DNA from: Phoronis australis
Taxonomy: Eukaryota; Animalia; Phoronida
Direction of reading: 5' to 3'
Assembly (NCBI GenBank): GCA_002633005.1
Contig: NMRA01000336.1
Location: 45,756 to 109,755, forward strand
DNA: 64,000 nt
Part shown: one piece after another, positions 26,682-41,200 of the stretch
How positions within the stretch are numbered: the first letter of the stretch is position 1
Layout: each line of letters begins with the position of its first letter
Program-made: the position numbers and the translations under genes
The notes under the pieces: generated by a model
Told to the model about the DNA's origin: nothing
The model's database searches: none
What the model saw: only the letters and a program-made list of their open reading frames with translations

Positions 26682-27179
26682 NNNNNNNNNNNNNNNNNNN
26701 NNNNNNNNNNNNNNNNNNNNNNNNNNNNNNNNNNNNNNNNNNNNNNNNNNNNNNNNNNNNNNNNNNNNNNNNNNNNNNNNNNNNNNNNNNNNNNNNNNNN
26801 NNNNNNNNNNNNNNNNNNNNNNNNNNNNNNNNNNNNNNNNNNNNNNNNNNNNNNNNNNNNNNNNNNNNNNNNNNNNNNNNNNNNNNNNNNNNNNNNNNNN
26901 NNNNNNNNNNNNNNNNNNNNNNNNNNNNNNNNNNNNNNNNNNNNNNNNNNNNNNNNNNNNNNNNNNNNNNNNNNNNNNNNNNNNNNNNNNNNNNNNNNNN
27001 NNNNNNNNNNNNNNNNNNNNNNNNNNNNNNNNNNNNNNNNNNNNNNNNNNNNNNNNNNNNNNNNNNNNNNNNNNNNNNNNNNNNNNNNNNNNNNNNNNNN
27101 NNNNNNNNNNNNNNNNNNNNNNNNNNNNNNNNNNNNNNNNNNNNNNNNNNNNNNNNNNNNNNNNNNNNNNNNNNNNNNN
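26682..27179. other. Assembly gap
   Basis: Run of N. Confidence 1.
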
Positions 27180-29694
27180 AGACAAGCTTAAGTGGGTTAA
27201 TTAGTTCCTGAGTTTTTTGTACGAGCTCCCGAACGTGAGGGGTGAATGAGAGTTTTTCATCTAACAGTATACCCAGATGTCTGTGCGACTGTTTTCTAGG
27301 AATGATTTCATCATTAAGTTTAAGGTCATAAGACGGGTCAGCAAGGAAGAGAGCATTAATAGATTTGGAGAAGGTGAGGTCAACGCTTTTTTCTGGTTTA
27401 AAATTCATTCTCCATTCTTGTGACCAATAGCTTAGTTTATTTAAGTCCAGGTGAAGCTGCAAAGAACATTCAGGGCTGCTCCCTGCGAAGGGGTAAAAAA
27501 GCACCGTGTCATCTGCATAAAGGTATGTGCTACATCAGGAAGGTCATTAATATAAACCAAGAAGAGAAGAGGGCCCAATAAGCTACCCTTTGGTACACCT
27601 GCGTTTACAAATCCAGGAGGGGATAAAGTTGAAAGTTCGCCGTCGACACGAACATTGTATATTCTTTCGGAGAGATATGAGGTGATCATGTTTAAAAGAT
27701 TACCAGTAATGCCATAGCATCGAAGTTTGTGAAGTAGAGGGTCGTGAGGAACACAGTCGAAAGCAGAAGTTATATCTAGAAAAAATGGACCCGACACTCT
27801 CGCCCTTCTCAAAATGTAAATGAATCTCATGTACTATTTCAACAAGTTGTGCCACGGTGCTGTTCCCACGCAAAAAACCAAATTGACGATGATAGATCAA
27901 GTTGTTTTGTATGAGAAATATAAGAATACTTTGAGCTGATCTCGAAGATTTTGAACAGGGTGTTGAGCAAAGTTATTGGGCGATAATTTGAAATTTCAGT
28001 TTTGGAGTCTTTTTGTGTATAGGGACCATAATTCCATGTTTCCAAGAAGACGGACATATACCTAGCTGAAGAAGTTTGTTAAACAGATTGGTCAGGGGCA
28101 TGGTAATTTCATTGGCAATCATTTTGATAATCTTGCTGGTTATTAAAGCTGTGCCATCATTCTTATTGGGGTCAATCTCATTGAGATACTTCCGGACATC
28201 AGTTTGATTAGCCGAGATGTCAGACAGTTCATTGAAACAACGTTCACGAAGAAATGGAAAGTTACCTACTTCAGTTGGTGTAATGTGACTTTTGTTCGTG
28301 AAAAATGAGAAACAGATCACACTTGTCACTACTACTTGAGGCTAGGTTACCATTATGGTTGATGACAGGATAAGAGGATTGTTGTTGACTGCCGCGTATT
28401 TTATTGATGGTGTTCCAGTATTCTTTGGAGTTCTTGCTTGCGCTGTTAATTTGTTGAAAAAGCTTGTGGCGGTGATCAGCTTTGGCTTGATTTACTAAAG
28501 TTTCAACCAGACGTGACTGCTCCTTGTATCTGTTGTAGATTATAGTGTTGTTAGATCTTCTGAAAGAGCTGTAAAGTCTGTTTCTTGTGCGGATTGCCCG
28601 TTTAACATTATTGTTGAACCACGGTTGGCTGTTGTGTTTAATTATCTTTTCAGTTGATGGGATGTTGTTTTATAAAATTTCATAGAGAGTACTGGCTAGT
28701 GAAGTGTGAAACAGTGTCACCAATGTCGCCAGTGTCCAATATGGAATCCCAGTCAGTGTAGGTGATATCCTGACGTAATTTATAGGTGTCGACTTGATCA
28801 TATTTCCAAATGGAAAATGTGGTGTGTTGTTCTTTAACCGGTGTTTTAGGTGTTAGAGTGGTTTCGATTGTGTGGTGATCAGAATTGCCAACAGAAGGTA
28901 CATGTAGTACAGAACATGAGTCAATGATACTCAAATTGTTTGTTATGCAGAGATCAATACATGAATGAGAAACGTCGGTGATGCCGCCTCATTGTACCAT
29001 GTAGAGTTTGGGGCATTGAAATCACCATTTATGATTATACTAACGCTATTGCGGTTAAGTTCCGCTAACTGATCGGCTGGGGCTTTGAAGTAGTTTTCTT
29101 TCAGTTGGAGATTGAGAAGGTGATCGATGAAACAACCCATAAAAATTTTTTCTGTGATCCAGCAGTTGCAAACTGAGGACAAGTTAAGCTAGGACATGAT
29201 TTAAAGGAGAGTGTGTTTTTAGTGAATAAGATGATGCCACGGCCACTGTTACTGTGATAGGCTACACTGTAACCAGGAATGATTAGTTCATTATTAAGGT
29301 CGTCTTTGGTAACATTACAAGTTTCATAAAGAGCGACAATCATATAATCGTAAGACAGAAGAAACTTTTTTAGAAGTTGTAATCTGGAGAAATTGTTGGA
29401 TTTAATGCTGTTAATATTTGAAAATAAGATTTTAAAGGTAGTATTGTCTTCAGGCCCAGGATTTTCACTAAGATGAACCCGCATAGCGTGATATCTCATT
29501 CGATGCCCATGAGAAGAATTGAACTGTGACCATGCGGGGGAAACCATTTTAAGACCAGAGAACCTCACACTACTAGAGGCACTCAAAGGATAGCCGTATT
29601 TAACAATTAATACACCAATGCTTATTGAAAATTCAAGGGTTTTTAAATGAATAAGGTAATCTGGAGAATTAGGGGAGTCATTTTTAAACAACAA
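27180..29694 (-). pseudogene. LINE ORF2 (APE endonuclease + reverse transcriptase), fragmented
   Basis: ENPGP, SNINSI, ALYET, GDFN, SDH; NYRPITLL, QFGF, FLDITSAFDCVPH, GVPKGSLLGPLLFLVYINDL, HLGILLDEKLSF. Confidence 0.9.
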
Positions 29695-31073
29695 AATTAT
29701 ATCATAGGCTCGCTTACAGGTATATAAAAAGTAACTTAGATGAAAAGCACAACATATAAATTGGGAAACCAGTTAGTTCTGTTGCAAGTGAATACAAAAC
29801 ACATAGTTATTTGAGGACGTAATAAGGAAATTCAGGTGACAATGATTGACCTAAAGATATGTACAGAGGAAATATTACCAAATAGTAACGGACAAAAGAA
29901 GGTGAAAAATAAGAGTTTGAACACTCAAATTCGCTGAAGAAAACAAAAAGATGTATTGAAGATCTCTCACTGTGGATAACTTAGCTGTAACACGTTTTAG
30001 AATTGATATAAGGCTATAAGTGCTTACCACTATAAGCCACCCAGTAATGACTGATCAGCTCATATGATAGATGTTGTCTTCTGAATTGAAGTTAACTTTC
30101 TCACAGATTGAAACACCAGTTTTCACAGAGATTATTTCAACTTGAAACTCGATAAACTAAAGTATGGTGACAGACAGTGCTCAACGTGATTTTTTCACGG
30201 GCAAGATAAAACAGTAATAACTATTTAATGTTATGGTGAATCATTCTGAAACACACAACAAAAATCACTTGTAGATTCTCCACCTGACTGACAGAGAACA
30301 GAGCAAGTGTCTAGAAATTAAAATCAATATTATAGTAAGGGAGAGGTGTCAATAACACGACCGAACAGAAATGCCACACAAAATCAGTGACGTGTAAATT
30401 TATCCTGACCGACAATTTGGTATGGAGTTGTCAACAAAATCAACGTTCTGAGAAACACAACAGTCAGAAAAAATAATAATTGTATAAGTGACAGCCACTG
30501 AGGCCGGAGCTCACATATAAGAATCATTGTCTTATGTGAATATCATGCAATGTACGATTCCGTCACACATTCAAATTAAAATGTGGGAAACATTTTTTAC
30601 GACAACCAAAAATACCACATTAATACATTCTGTAGGCAGTTGCAAAGATACTATATTACATTTTTGGTAAGGGAGCAACTGGGAAACTGCATCAGGCAAT
30701 AAGCAACAAAACCCATGCTCCAAACATGAATGATTTAGATGCAGACTAAGAATTCGATGCATTACCATTGCCTGTGGTCAGTATAAGGTGTTGTGATCGC
30801 TACGGACCTGGATAGAGTGCACCACCACTGATTGAGAGGTAACTTGAGCGTGATCTGGTATTACATAAGAGAGAACACTGAATAAGTATCAGTGGACAGG
30901 ACAATTACCTGATCATGTCAAGACATGGGGGGTGGGGTGAGTGAACGCAAACAAAATGAGGGATATCACCAGTAAGTAATTGGATATGAACTACAATAGA
31001 ACAAGAGAGCAGAATACAATTTAAACTTCGCAGTTTTCTAACACTAGAAGGTCACTTTCTGAGGAAATCTGCT

Positions 31074-31804
31074 TTATCCTGTTATCATGCAGCTGTATTT
31101 GTACGTTACCGTCATGCGTCGTTTAGATTGTACGAGGCGGCGACAGCGGGCGTAGAGAAGGGACCGATTTTCATTGATGTAGATCGGGGATGGTAAGTTC
31201 AGTTTGCGGAGTTGACTTCTGTTGTGAAGGAAAGCAGCTCTGGTATTATACATATGACACAAACTTACCGATGATGGGGCGATCTATTCGCGAATCTCTA
31301 GCTCCATGTTTACGTAGTTTGGGCCCGAGTCTGTGAGATCTGCTGATTTGTTGGGGGTTAATTTCAAGACCCAGTTTGCGTCCCAAGTCAATCACAATGT
31401 TGTTAGTGGCTCCAGGTTTTTCATTTACAGATTCATCGACTTCATATATAACTATTTTATTGCGTCGCGAGTATTGCTCTAGGTTGTCTAGATTTGCTGA
31501 TAAATTGTTGACTTGCTCATTCAGCAGCTGTATTTCGTGGTCTTTCTGGTTAATGATGGACTCGTAGTAGGCTTTTACATCATCCAGGGCAGGCTGGAAT
31601 AGTTGATCACGGAGTGTTTTAATAACTTGGGGCGAAGTCAGCGCTTTTTCGAGCTTTGCAGAGTCCTCATTTGAGTCCGATTCACATAGGTGCGGGTCCA
31701 GCTGACGAAAGTCAAGGGTTGTTTGAGAGAGTATTTTTGCTCTGCCGATTAAGGATGAGCTGTCTTTTGCTTGCATACCTCTTTCTTAGTTCGTCAGCAC
31801 TCAT
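31074..31804 (-). pseudogene. LINE ORF1 (coiled coil + L1-type RRM), frameshifted
   Basis: LDNLEQYSRRNKIVIYEV, SRSHRLG, RPIIGKFVSY, IYINEN motifs. Confidence 0.85.
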
Positions 31805-31914
31805 CGTGGGTGAAGTATAAGATAACTTGAGACTTTTAAAAATACAGACAATTAATTGAGAAATCTTCAGCACAATTTCAAGCGCACATCTGGCGGCAAA
31901 CAGGTCATATGACA

Positions 31915-32885
31915 GCCTTTGGAGGCCACTGGTGGCCACTGCAGGCCACGGGACGCCTCTGGAGGCCACCGGTAACCACCGGAGGCCACGTTAGGCCACT
32001 GGAGGCTACTGGCGGCCAGTGGAGGCCACTGGAGTCCACTAAAAGACACTGGAGATCGCTGGGAGCCGCTAGAGGCCATAGGAGGTCATTAGAGGCTACT
32101 GGGGACCGCTGGAGACTACTGGAGGCCACTGGAGGCAATTGGGGTCCACTGGAGGTCACCGGAAGCCACTGGAGACCACTGGAGGCCGCTGCAGGCCACA
32201 GGAGGCCACTGCACGCCACTGGAGATCACTGGAGGCCACCAGAGGCCACAGCAGGCCACTGAAGGCCACCGGAGACAGACCACCGGACGCCACTGGAGAC
32301 CCCTGGAGGTCACTAGAAGCCATTGGAGGCCACTGGAGGTCACTAAAGGCCATTGGAGGCCACTGGAGGCCGCCGGAGGCTACTGGAGGTCACTAGAGGC
32401 CATTAGAGGCCACTGGAGGCCGCCGGAGGCCACTGGAGACCTTTGGAGGCCACGGGAGACCATTGGAGGCCATTGGAGGTCACTCGAGGCAACTGGGGGC
32501 CACTGGAGGCCACAGGAGGCCACTGGGGGGCCACTGAAAGCCACTGGAGGTCACTTGAGGCAACTGGGGGTTGGAGACCACTGGGGTACATGTTGGGACA
32601 CTGGAGTCTACTGGTGGCCAGTGGAGGCCATCGGGGGCCCCTGGAGACCATTGGAGGCAACTGGAGGACACTGGAGGCCACTTGGGCTCCAGAGGCCACC
32701 GGAGTCCACCGGATGCCACCTGAGACTACTGGGAGCCACTTGAGACCACCGGAGGCCGTTGGAGGCACTGGAGTCCACCGAAGGCCACCGGAGACAACTG
32801 GAGGTCAATGGGGGCCACTGGTGGCCGCTGGAGGTCACTGGGGGACACTGGAGGCCACTGGACGCCATTGGAGGTGGGTGGAGGC
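31915..32885 (+). repeat. 10-bp satellite variant (CACTGGAGGC)n
   Basis: Tandem GGCCACTGGA units differing from the main array by G>C at one position. Confidence 0.9.
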
Positions 32886-33958
32886 GCCCCCCTCGCCCCT
32901 GCTTGCCCACACTCACCAGTACTAGCCTCCACTAGCCTCTACTTGCGCCTACTCGCCTACACTTGCCTCCATTCGCCCCTGCTCGCCTCTTTTCGCCTGC
33001 ACTCTCCCCTACTCGCCTCTATTGACCCCTACTCGCCTCTATCCGCCCCTTCTCGTCTCTATTGACCCCTAATCGACTCTATCCGCCCCTACTAGCCCCT
33101 GCCGACTTCTACTCGCCCCTACTTGCCTCTTTTCGCCCTTACTCGCCTCTACTCACACATAATTGCCTCTACTTGCATCTACTCGCCTGCTAACCCCTAC
33201 TCTACTCGATTCGTTTCGCCTCCTCTCGCCCCTACTCGTCTATACTCGCCCCTACTTGCCTGTACCCTTCTCTACTCGCCTCTGCTCACCAATACTCGTC
33301 CCTACTCGCCTCCACTCAGCTCATTTGGCCCTTAGTAGTAATACTCGCATCTATTCGCCCCTAATCGCCATCAATCGGCTTCTTTCGCACTTACTTGTCC
33401 CTACTCGCCTCTATGTGCCCGTACTTGCCTCTACTCCCCCGTAATGGTCTCTATTTGCCTACACTCGACCCTACTTGCCTCTACTCGTCTCTACTCGCCT
33501 CCACTCAGTTCATTTTGCCCTTACTCGCCTCCACTTGCCCCTACTCACCCATACTCGCTTCTACTCGCCTACTTTTCCCCCCACTCGCCTCTATTCGCCC
33601 CTATGCGCCTCTACTCGCCCATAATCGCCTCTACTNACTTGCCCCTACTCACCTCCACTAATCCCTATTTGCCCCTACTCGCCTCTATTTGCCCCTACTT
33701 GCCTCCACTCGCCGATACTCACCCCTGCCCGCTTCTACTCGCCTCCTTTCGCCCATGCTCGCCTCTACTCGGCCCTTATCGCCTCTACTCTCCTTTATTT
33801 GCTCCTACTTGCCTCTGCTCGCCCTTAATGGCCTCTACTCGCCTAAATGCGCCCCTACTCGCCCCTTCTCACCCCTACTCGCCTTTATTCGCCACTACTC
33901 GCCTCTATTTGCCCCTACTCGCCTCTTTTCGCCCCTACGCGTCTCCACTCGCCTCTAT
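32886..33958 (-). repeat. 10-bp satellite variant (ACTCGCCTCT/ACTCGCCCCT)n in inverted orientation
   Basis: The reverse complement GAGTAGAGGC matches CAGTGGAGGC at 8/10 positions. Confidence 0.9.
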
Positions 33959-35114
33959 CAATCAATAAAATGTAAGTCACTGTTACATCCATCATTTCTT
34001 TGTACCAGAACGAGTGAAGACATGTTGTCACATAGCTGTGAGAGGTAATACCATGACAGTGGTTCATTTTCGCACAAGCACAGAACATTGGGAATATCGG
34101 GGAAAAGAACTTTCAAAACTATGCCAGTTCTACTCACACCTTAAAGACAAACTTTGTTGAGACCCTTGCCTTGTACATGTACTATAGAACCGACTTTGTT
34201 GGCTCAATAATGAAGGGTTTCTGCTAAATAATCTTTTTAAAATCTCTCACAACAATGTATAGTGTTACATTTCCTTGAAGTTGACCATTCAGTCCTTTTC
34301 CACCTTAGTAAATAATCAAGAAGAGCTATGTTTTACTGTTGTTAGCAGACTCTAACACTGTTGTCTCGGTGTTGGTGAAAGGTCGTGATGAGCTAGCTGT
34401 TCAAGCGTGGTCAGCTTGAGACTGCCTCTGAGAGGAGTGTTTGCAAGTTTTGCAGTGAAAACGCACTTTCCTCTTTTTGAGTGATTAGTTTTTTAATGAA
34501 AAATATTTAAATTTTCCCAAAAAGCTCATCTTTACTTCATGCTTTTCCAAAAAATGCTGTCACAGATTTCAAAACCTTTCATTAGTGTTATTAAAGTCAT
34601 CAATACAAAGTATGACCATAAAGCCGTCAGATACCCAGCTACGACTCGATCAATTTTTACAAAATAAAAAATTTGAAATCTAGTACAAGTGAACTTCAAA
34701 TCCGTGCCAGGGATTTTCTTTAAATTGATTATAACTTAAGTTATTTTGATATGAATTTGGAATTTTGACTTAGTGTTGAGAATTTGCCAAATCTCAAAAA
34801 CGGAGTACAAAAAACTCTTATTTTTCACTGAGCACTTTCCTCACTGTTTGCTGGTAACTCTAAAGCTACGTGTACGTGATTTGAAAAACATGACAGCCGA
34901 GTTTGTTGAATTAGCCCAGGGATTGTCGTTAGTGCAGCAATAGCACGACATCGATTTACAGCTCTTGAGCAGATGGAAGAAAGCTTGTTGCGACACACTC
35001 AGTAGGGCTACGCAAAGCTTGCCTTCACCCACCTTAGGCCTATAATGAAAAAATAACAGCGCATAAATAAATGTTCATTTGACTTTACTTGCTTTTGATC
35101 AATGTTTGTCTTAG

Positions 35115-35263
35115 TTACATTTCTGATACGTTCAGACGTTTAGAAACAGAAACTATGGAAACATAGTGAAGTACGACGAGCCCTCCAATTACGACAAGTC
35201 CACTGGATGTTTGTGGACAGGCTTTATTTCCAAAGGCTTGTCTAGTCATGGCGGAGCCGCCAT
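35115..35263 (-). CDS. Putative terminal exon with hydrophobic tail (TM or GPI-signal-like) and stop
   Basis: Strong acceptor attttattttcag, phase 1: DGGSAMTRQAFGNKACPQTSSGLVVIGGLVVLHYVSIVSVSKRLNVSEM*. Confidence 0.6.
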
Positions 35264-38200
35264 CTGAAAATAAAATCAAAGTATGATCGGCTAATCCTTT
35301 CAGTAGCTCGCAACAAAGCAGCAACCATGCATGTTTCGCCACAGTTTGATAAAAGTGAAAGCTGTTCGATATGCACGCAGGTGCATGCCTATATATAGAG
35401 GGAAAGAAGGAGTCTCTGTACATTGAAGTCTAGGACGTGCTATAAGAAGTATCATGTAAGGTTGTGCACAACACTGCTCCTAGGTTTCAATTCTAGTATA
35501 CTCTTTACTTGGTTGGTATTAACTTGTCTCATATTTTTTCCTTAAAATGAATGTGTATGTCTGTAGTGGAACCGTCCGCCATTTTTTCAAGATAGCCGCC
35601 AAAAATACTTCAAGTCACAACTTCAGAGTGAAGGGTTTTTTATCTTGATTGTTGCTCGATTGTATAATTCACTGAATATCATTAATCCGAAAAATATAAT
35701 GCAAATTATTTGTGTAAAGACTTAAGTTACAAAAACATATTGCAGTGCACATAACATTAGTTAGCATGTTTGAAGATACTATTCAGACAAAAAACTAAAA
35801 AATTTTCAGGTTAAGCCCTCTGATACCATAATTTAAGTATTTTGTACACATATCCTGTCTATGTTGAATTTTTGTTTTCCTTTATATATAAAAATAAAAC
35901 AATTATGGATCAACTGAAATTTTCGGATATATGTTGCTTATACTTTCATATCGTTCTTGATTTTACTTTATTTATGTTTCTGTTAAGAAAGAGTGTGATT
36001 TTACCCAAAAATTTGAGTTGATCCGTTATAATTGTTTTATTTTATATATATATTCTACGATTTGTCCAATAGTAGTATCCTTCAGAGCCCTGGATCACGT
36101 CACATAGTTTCAGAATTATTTTTTCCGTAATTTATGTTTTCCTTTGTAATTTCAAGTTTTCCATTGCATTTCTTAAGCTGGTGCCTTATGTAATACCGCG
36201 TAGCCGTTTAGCCAAATGTAATGTATATTATTTTTAGTCTCTTTAGTCACAGTGTGCTCAGTTTTCAGAGTTGCTGTACAATATTAACAAGGGGTTTGTC
36301 ATTTATATAAGATCAAAAGAAAGACATATACACAGTTCAATGTCAACCACAACTCAGTGCAACTTACACATGTGCCATGACAATCTTTAAGAGTGTTCTA
36401 AACTAAATTAAAAAGATGTGTAGGACCTTACTCCTCCGTCACCCACTTGCATGGAGCACAAAAGTAAATTGCGTTACCAAACGAATAAATGATTAACTCA
36501 AAAGCTTTATAAAACCATGGAAGGGCGTGTTGTTAAAGTTATTGGAATGTGTTTGTGACAGGTTTTCTTGGTTCAGTTCAAGTTACTAATTGTTACCTCT
36601 TGACATATATTTAGCTTAGGTATTTCCTGTATATGTTCAGTTTAAAGTTATTAATTGCTACCTCTTGACATATATTTACAATCATCCCAGCTAAAAGCTA
36701 ATCTTCCCCATTGGTTAGTTTTATATTTGGCGCACATTCTGATTGGTCGAATAGGTTCACTTGCACTTGCTATATGTTAGATCTTTATACTATCATATCA
36801 GAAGCTTTTAATACATCATACTGCACACAAGTATTTTTCTCTAGGAACCACCTGGGGTTTTATCTTTGTACAATATAAACTCACAAAATCAGATGAACAG
36901 TCACCTTCGAAGATGACGTTTACGGCAGTATGCTGTGACTTAGTGCCAGCCACGGCATGCAGCTCATACAAGCCTTCATCTTCAGGGACAGGTCTGGATA
37001 TGGTGAGGATTGCTCTGGTCTTCCCTATCGTGCTACAATTAAAAACACAACTTATAAGTCCAGAGTAACTTCCAACCAACAACAACCAAACGAGATAGTT
37101 AAATTCGCAATATCCTTTTTATATTTTGTCTCAGCCGAGGCGTAGTAGAAAAGTCACGAGGTCAGGTAGTGCCACGTTTTCGCCCGTGCATCGAAAGGCG
37201 TAGGTCGTCTTTAACCGACACTAAATTAGCTTCTCCTAGAACGTTTCCTCAAATCTCACTTGGGTTGGCCAGGATAGTGCTGACCTACTAGTAAAAATGT
37301 CGAACAAATCAATAAAACTTAACCGAAACCATTGTCAGTCGATTCCTGCTAAAGAATAGCCACCTGTTCACATCAGACAACGCCGGGTGATTCCCAGCAA
37401 GCCTCGTCCCTAAGCCTCAAGATGGCGCTGATAGGTATAGCCATTTGAGGCTTGTTTAGCGGAAATCACAATGAGCTACAGGTATCTCATTGGGAAATCA
37501 TACACTCTTTCATAGTGTTGCGAAAGTATAGATGGCGCTGTGTCAGAGGGTAGGGAAATCAATGTACCAGAGTTATGTCAACTTTGAAATTTTCTGCAGT
37601 ATAATACAAAAATCCAAATCAGAGGTATATGTGCATAAATTTAGGTCTAAATTATTGTAAAAATGATGTATTTTGATTTGGAAACAGATTAATTTCTATG
37701 GTGCTATCAATAAAACTGAATCGAAATTAAGAACGAGTAAAACTGCTTCAAGAATGGCAGCAACAACGCCAGTGATAATAATTAAAATTTGCCTTTCTTG
37801 AGGTTCTAATTTAGTTTCTGGAAAATCCTATATAAGTATATCTGCATTAGCCTACATCGCGCTCAGCGATCTCTAATGAAGAAGGATATATAATGCTCGC
37901 TGAGCATTCCACTTATCCCGTAATCAGTATTTGTATGTCGCACTTCAGACAGTTTAAGTCGTGTATGATTGAGCGCACTTTTGAGTGAGGCAACATAGTA
38001 AATTTTTTACTTGTTTACATCGTTGCATCTTATTTGGAAACTTGAGAGCATATGTGAATCCAGACATTATACAATCCAGCCCTAAATTATCTAGAACATA
38101 ACTTAATTTAGTGGTGCACATAAACTCGAAAAAACTACTTACCACATTCACCAATCCACACCCTAATGCAAATGAAGGTCTTATGGTTTACACGTTCAAC

Positions 38201-41200
38201 TCATAATCCGGTGCAGATACGTTCACCCTAACGGTTACACTTACCTGTTAAATTACCACTACACCACGAGTCAACACTTAAAAACATAGTTTCTGTCTTT
38301 CTAAGTAGACATGGAACTTCATTTCATCTTTTGCTTTTTACATAAGCATTTGTTGCTTTATTCAATTGGCTTAACGTACTATAAGTCATAAATTGGAACA
38401 CAATACAAAATACAACACGTTTTCAACATATTAACGAAGGCAAGTGTTATATAACCTACCTTTGAAATCTCCTTGCGTCCCTTAATTCAACATTGCTTTT
38501 TCTCCATTTAAAGGTTGGCATCAGTCCCATTTGTTTTGGTCTCATGTCAACCATCAGTTTGACTTCCTTTGAAGTAGTGTTAAAATACACGTCATCTTCT
38601 ACAGGCGACATTATCACCAACCCGTAGTGGCCTGTTCACATAAAAACAAACATTTCTTCAACAAAACGTCTTGAAAACATGTCGCAGGCCGTGGTTCCTC
38701 ATTTTGGGCCTGCCTACATTATGCAATTAACAAGTGCATAGTGAACTCCCCCCCCCCCATGATACTAAACCACACGAATTTGGAGACACGCCTCATGGCT
38801 ACAGGACCCCTTCCTTGCGAAACTAGGGCAACAACTGTGACACAGTTGGGGCGACGGAGAGTAGCTCGAAAGTGATGATGTACGGAGGGTAGCTCGAAAG
38901 TGATGATGTTATCGTGAAAGTGTAAAGGTTGACAACTTTGAAGACCGGAGAGTAAAATTTGTCTCAAAATTTCTTATGAACTCAGGGCACCGTGTACTAC
39001 ATGGTTTTTTAAATAGGACATTCAGTGACCATTTCGACTAGGCAGGTTGATCTTTCCTCATTGATGACTAGATACCAACAGAAAGGAATACTCTATTGTC
39101 GGATACTGTAGTATTTTTTCGAAATACCTTGCACCAGTGAACGTAGCTGCTAGCAACCTCCGATGTCTAATGATAAAATTTTAAGAGTACCATCAGTCGT
39201 AGATATGTACAATAATGTCTACTACAAAATGCGACTGCTTTTACAGCATTATTCAGGCCAGGCTTTATACAATGACTGCACTTGATTGTTTTCTACGCTT
39301 CCGCCGGATCACCCAAGCGGCTAAAACATCTGATTGGTCTGCAAGCCAGAATACGTCATAGACAATCAATTAGATGTCTTAGCCATCATTACGACCAACT
39401 TACATTTAACGTAAGAACGATCTATCAACGCAGTTCAGTGACTGCCTCATGTCAGTGACTGTAAATTGTAATATACTAATCACAAAATTTAAATAAAAAA
39501 ACTTGGTCTACGACAGTCCTACAACAAAGGTGACACTACAAATATGTGAAAACCCAATGCCGTCGTTGACTTGTTAGCATCGCTCGACAAAAATCGCACC
39601 ATCTATGTGACATAATCTGATTGTGTTTAAAACCTTACTTTGAACATCTAAGCTGAACTGTCTTGATTTTCGGAGGTTGTTCCTTTCAGCAGTGCACTTA
39701 TAGGATCCGCCATCTTCTTTTTGAACTCCGGAAATTTTCAGTTGGTTTTCCATAACATATTCCGTGTACTTGGAGGAATACTTTTGTTTCTTCGTGACGA
39801 TTTCTTTTTGAAATCTCATTGGTACCTAATACAAAAACCGGTTGATGGAACAATACGGTACTAACATTGAGTTCTTCAAAGGTGTTTGACAGTATTTGCC
39901 AATAAAACTGTTCCTGGATTATGTGTATGACGCACTTGCAATTGCTTCAACGTAGAAATAGCAGTGCGAGACTGTTATCTGCTACCATTAAGAACTCAAT
40001 TTCTGACCAATGGGTAAATAGCTTCTGCCCTATTTTATATAATCATTTGTGATGTAGATCTATTTATCATATTTATCTGAATAGCACGGGCAAATTTAGA
40101 AGACCTTGATGCCTAAAAACTATACTGGTGTTGTCATCCCTAGTTCCCCGGGTGTTTTTCATGAAAAGCGACTCTTTGAAAGACTAGAGGCAGAAATTTG
40201 GTCTTAGGCTACCACTTTACTATTGCCAAATGAAGGTTTAGTCATGTAACAACAGCTTCATAGAAATAATTTGTACACATTTTCTCAGGAAATAATTTGT
40301 ACAAATTTTCCCAATAAGTAACAGTTAAGGGTATATAGTGATACACTTTATCCGTTTGCTGAAATGAGTTATAATTGTTTTACAGAAATAGTAATGTCAA
40401 ATTTTTGTTTTAAGTCTTAAGTCACTTTTCATGAGAAAGACCTCTGGGCTTAAGACACCCAGATTTCTGAAAGTCTAATTTAAATTCTACTGCACTTGCT
40501 CACGCAGAGAAACCGAAGTCATTATTAATAAATTTTGCTGAAGAGCCCGCATATATGCTCATCTACACTAAAGCTTTACAAGGCCCTAGACAGGTCAATT
40601 GTTATCTTTGCATCTCTTTATGAATTGCCAAACTGAGAGCCTAAATTCATCTAATCTTTCCTTTTCGACATAACCACTAAAGTTAGTCGTGGGTGCTCAC
40701 CCGTAAGATGATACTTGGCTTGGTGATGTCGTTCTGGTAAAACTACCTATGATTAATTTCTTTATCACTATTTAATATAGTCACTTAGCTTGGGAATACT
40801 AAAATTTACCACACAAGTAGCGTGCCAGACAGATCCTAGTCGGTAAACCAACCCTTTGGCTTAAACACTCCGTGTATCGAAAGTGTACTATTCATACCAC
40901 ACTAACGGGGTTAGACAGTTTTTGGTTCCATAAATACCTAAGGGAATTTAATTTAATTAGTACTAGCACATTCAATAATTAGTTTGCCTCCAAACTGGGA
41001 ATTTCTTCTAAGTTAGGTCCTTTTCCCAGAATAAATGAATCACGGAAAACCTCACGATGGACCTTCGGCTCTGCTTGAGCTCAGTATTACCTAGTACATA
41101 CGCGACCGTTCCACGGGCATTGGAAAGGAATACATAGTTCTGCTCACTTTACTCAGTTTTTGAAATGTTACTTAAGATTAAATTCTAATAATTCTAATGA

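Larger units (their letters stand above)
27180..31905 (-). mobile_element. CR1-clade LINE, near full length but decayed (3' end lost in the gap)
   Basis: ORF1-like, APE endonuclease and RT segments in LINE order; many frameshifts. Confidence 0.9.

Noticed and set aside
25933-27504. Long ORFs spanning the gap (also 58957-59583)
   Set aside because: Inflated by N runs.
34400-35036. Possible further Kolobok-like MITE
   Set aside because: Only one plausible end; TIR pairing not convincing.
36571-36678. Short tandem duplications (also 5630-5730, 38860-38910)
   Set aside because: Ordinary local slippage duplications.
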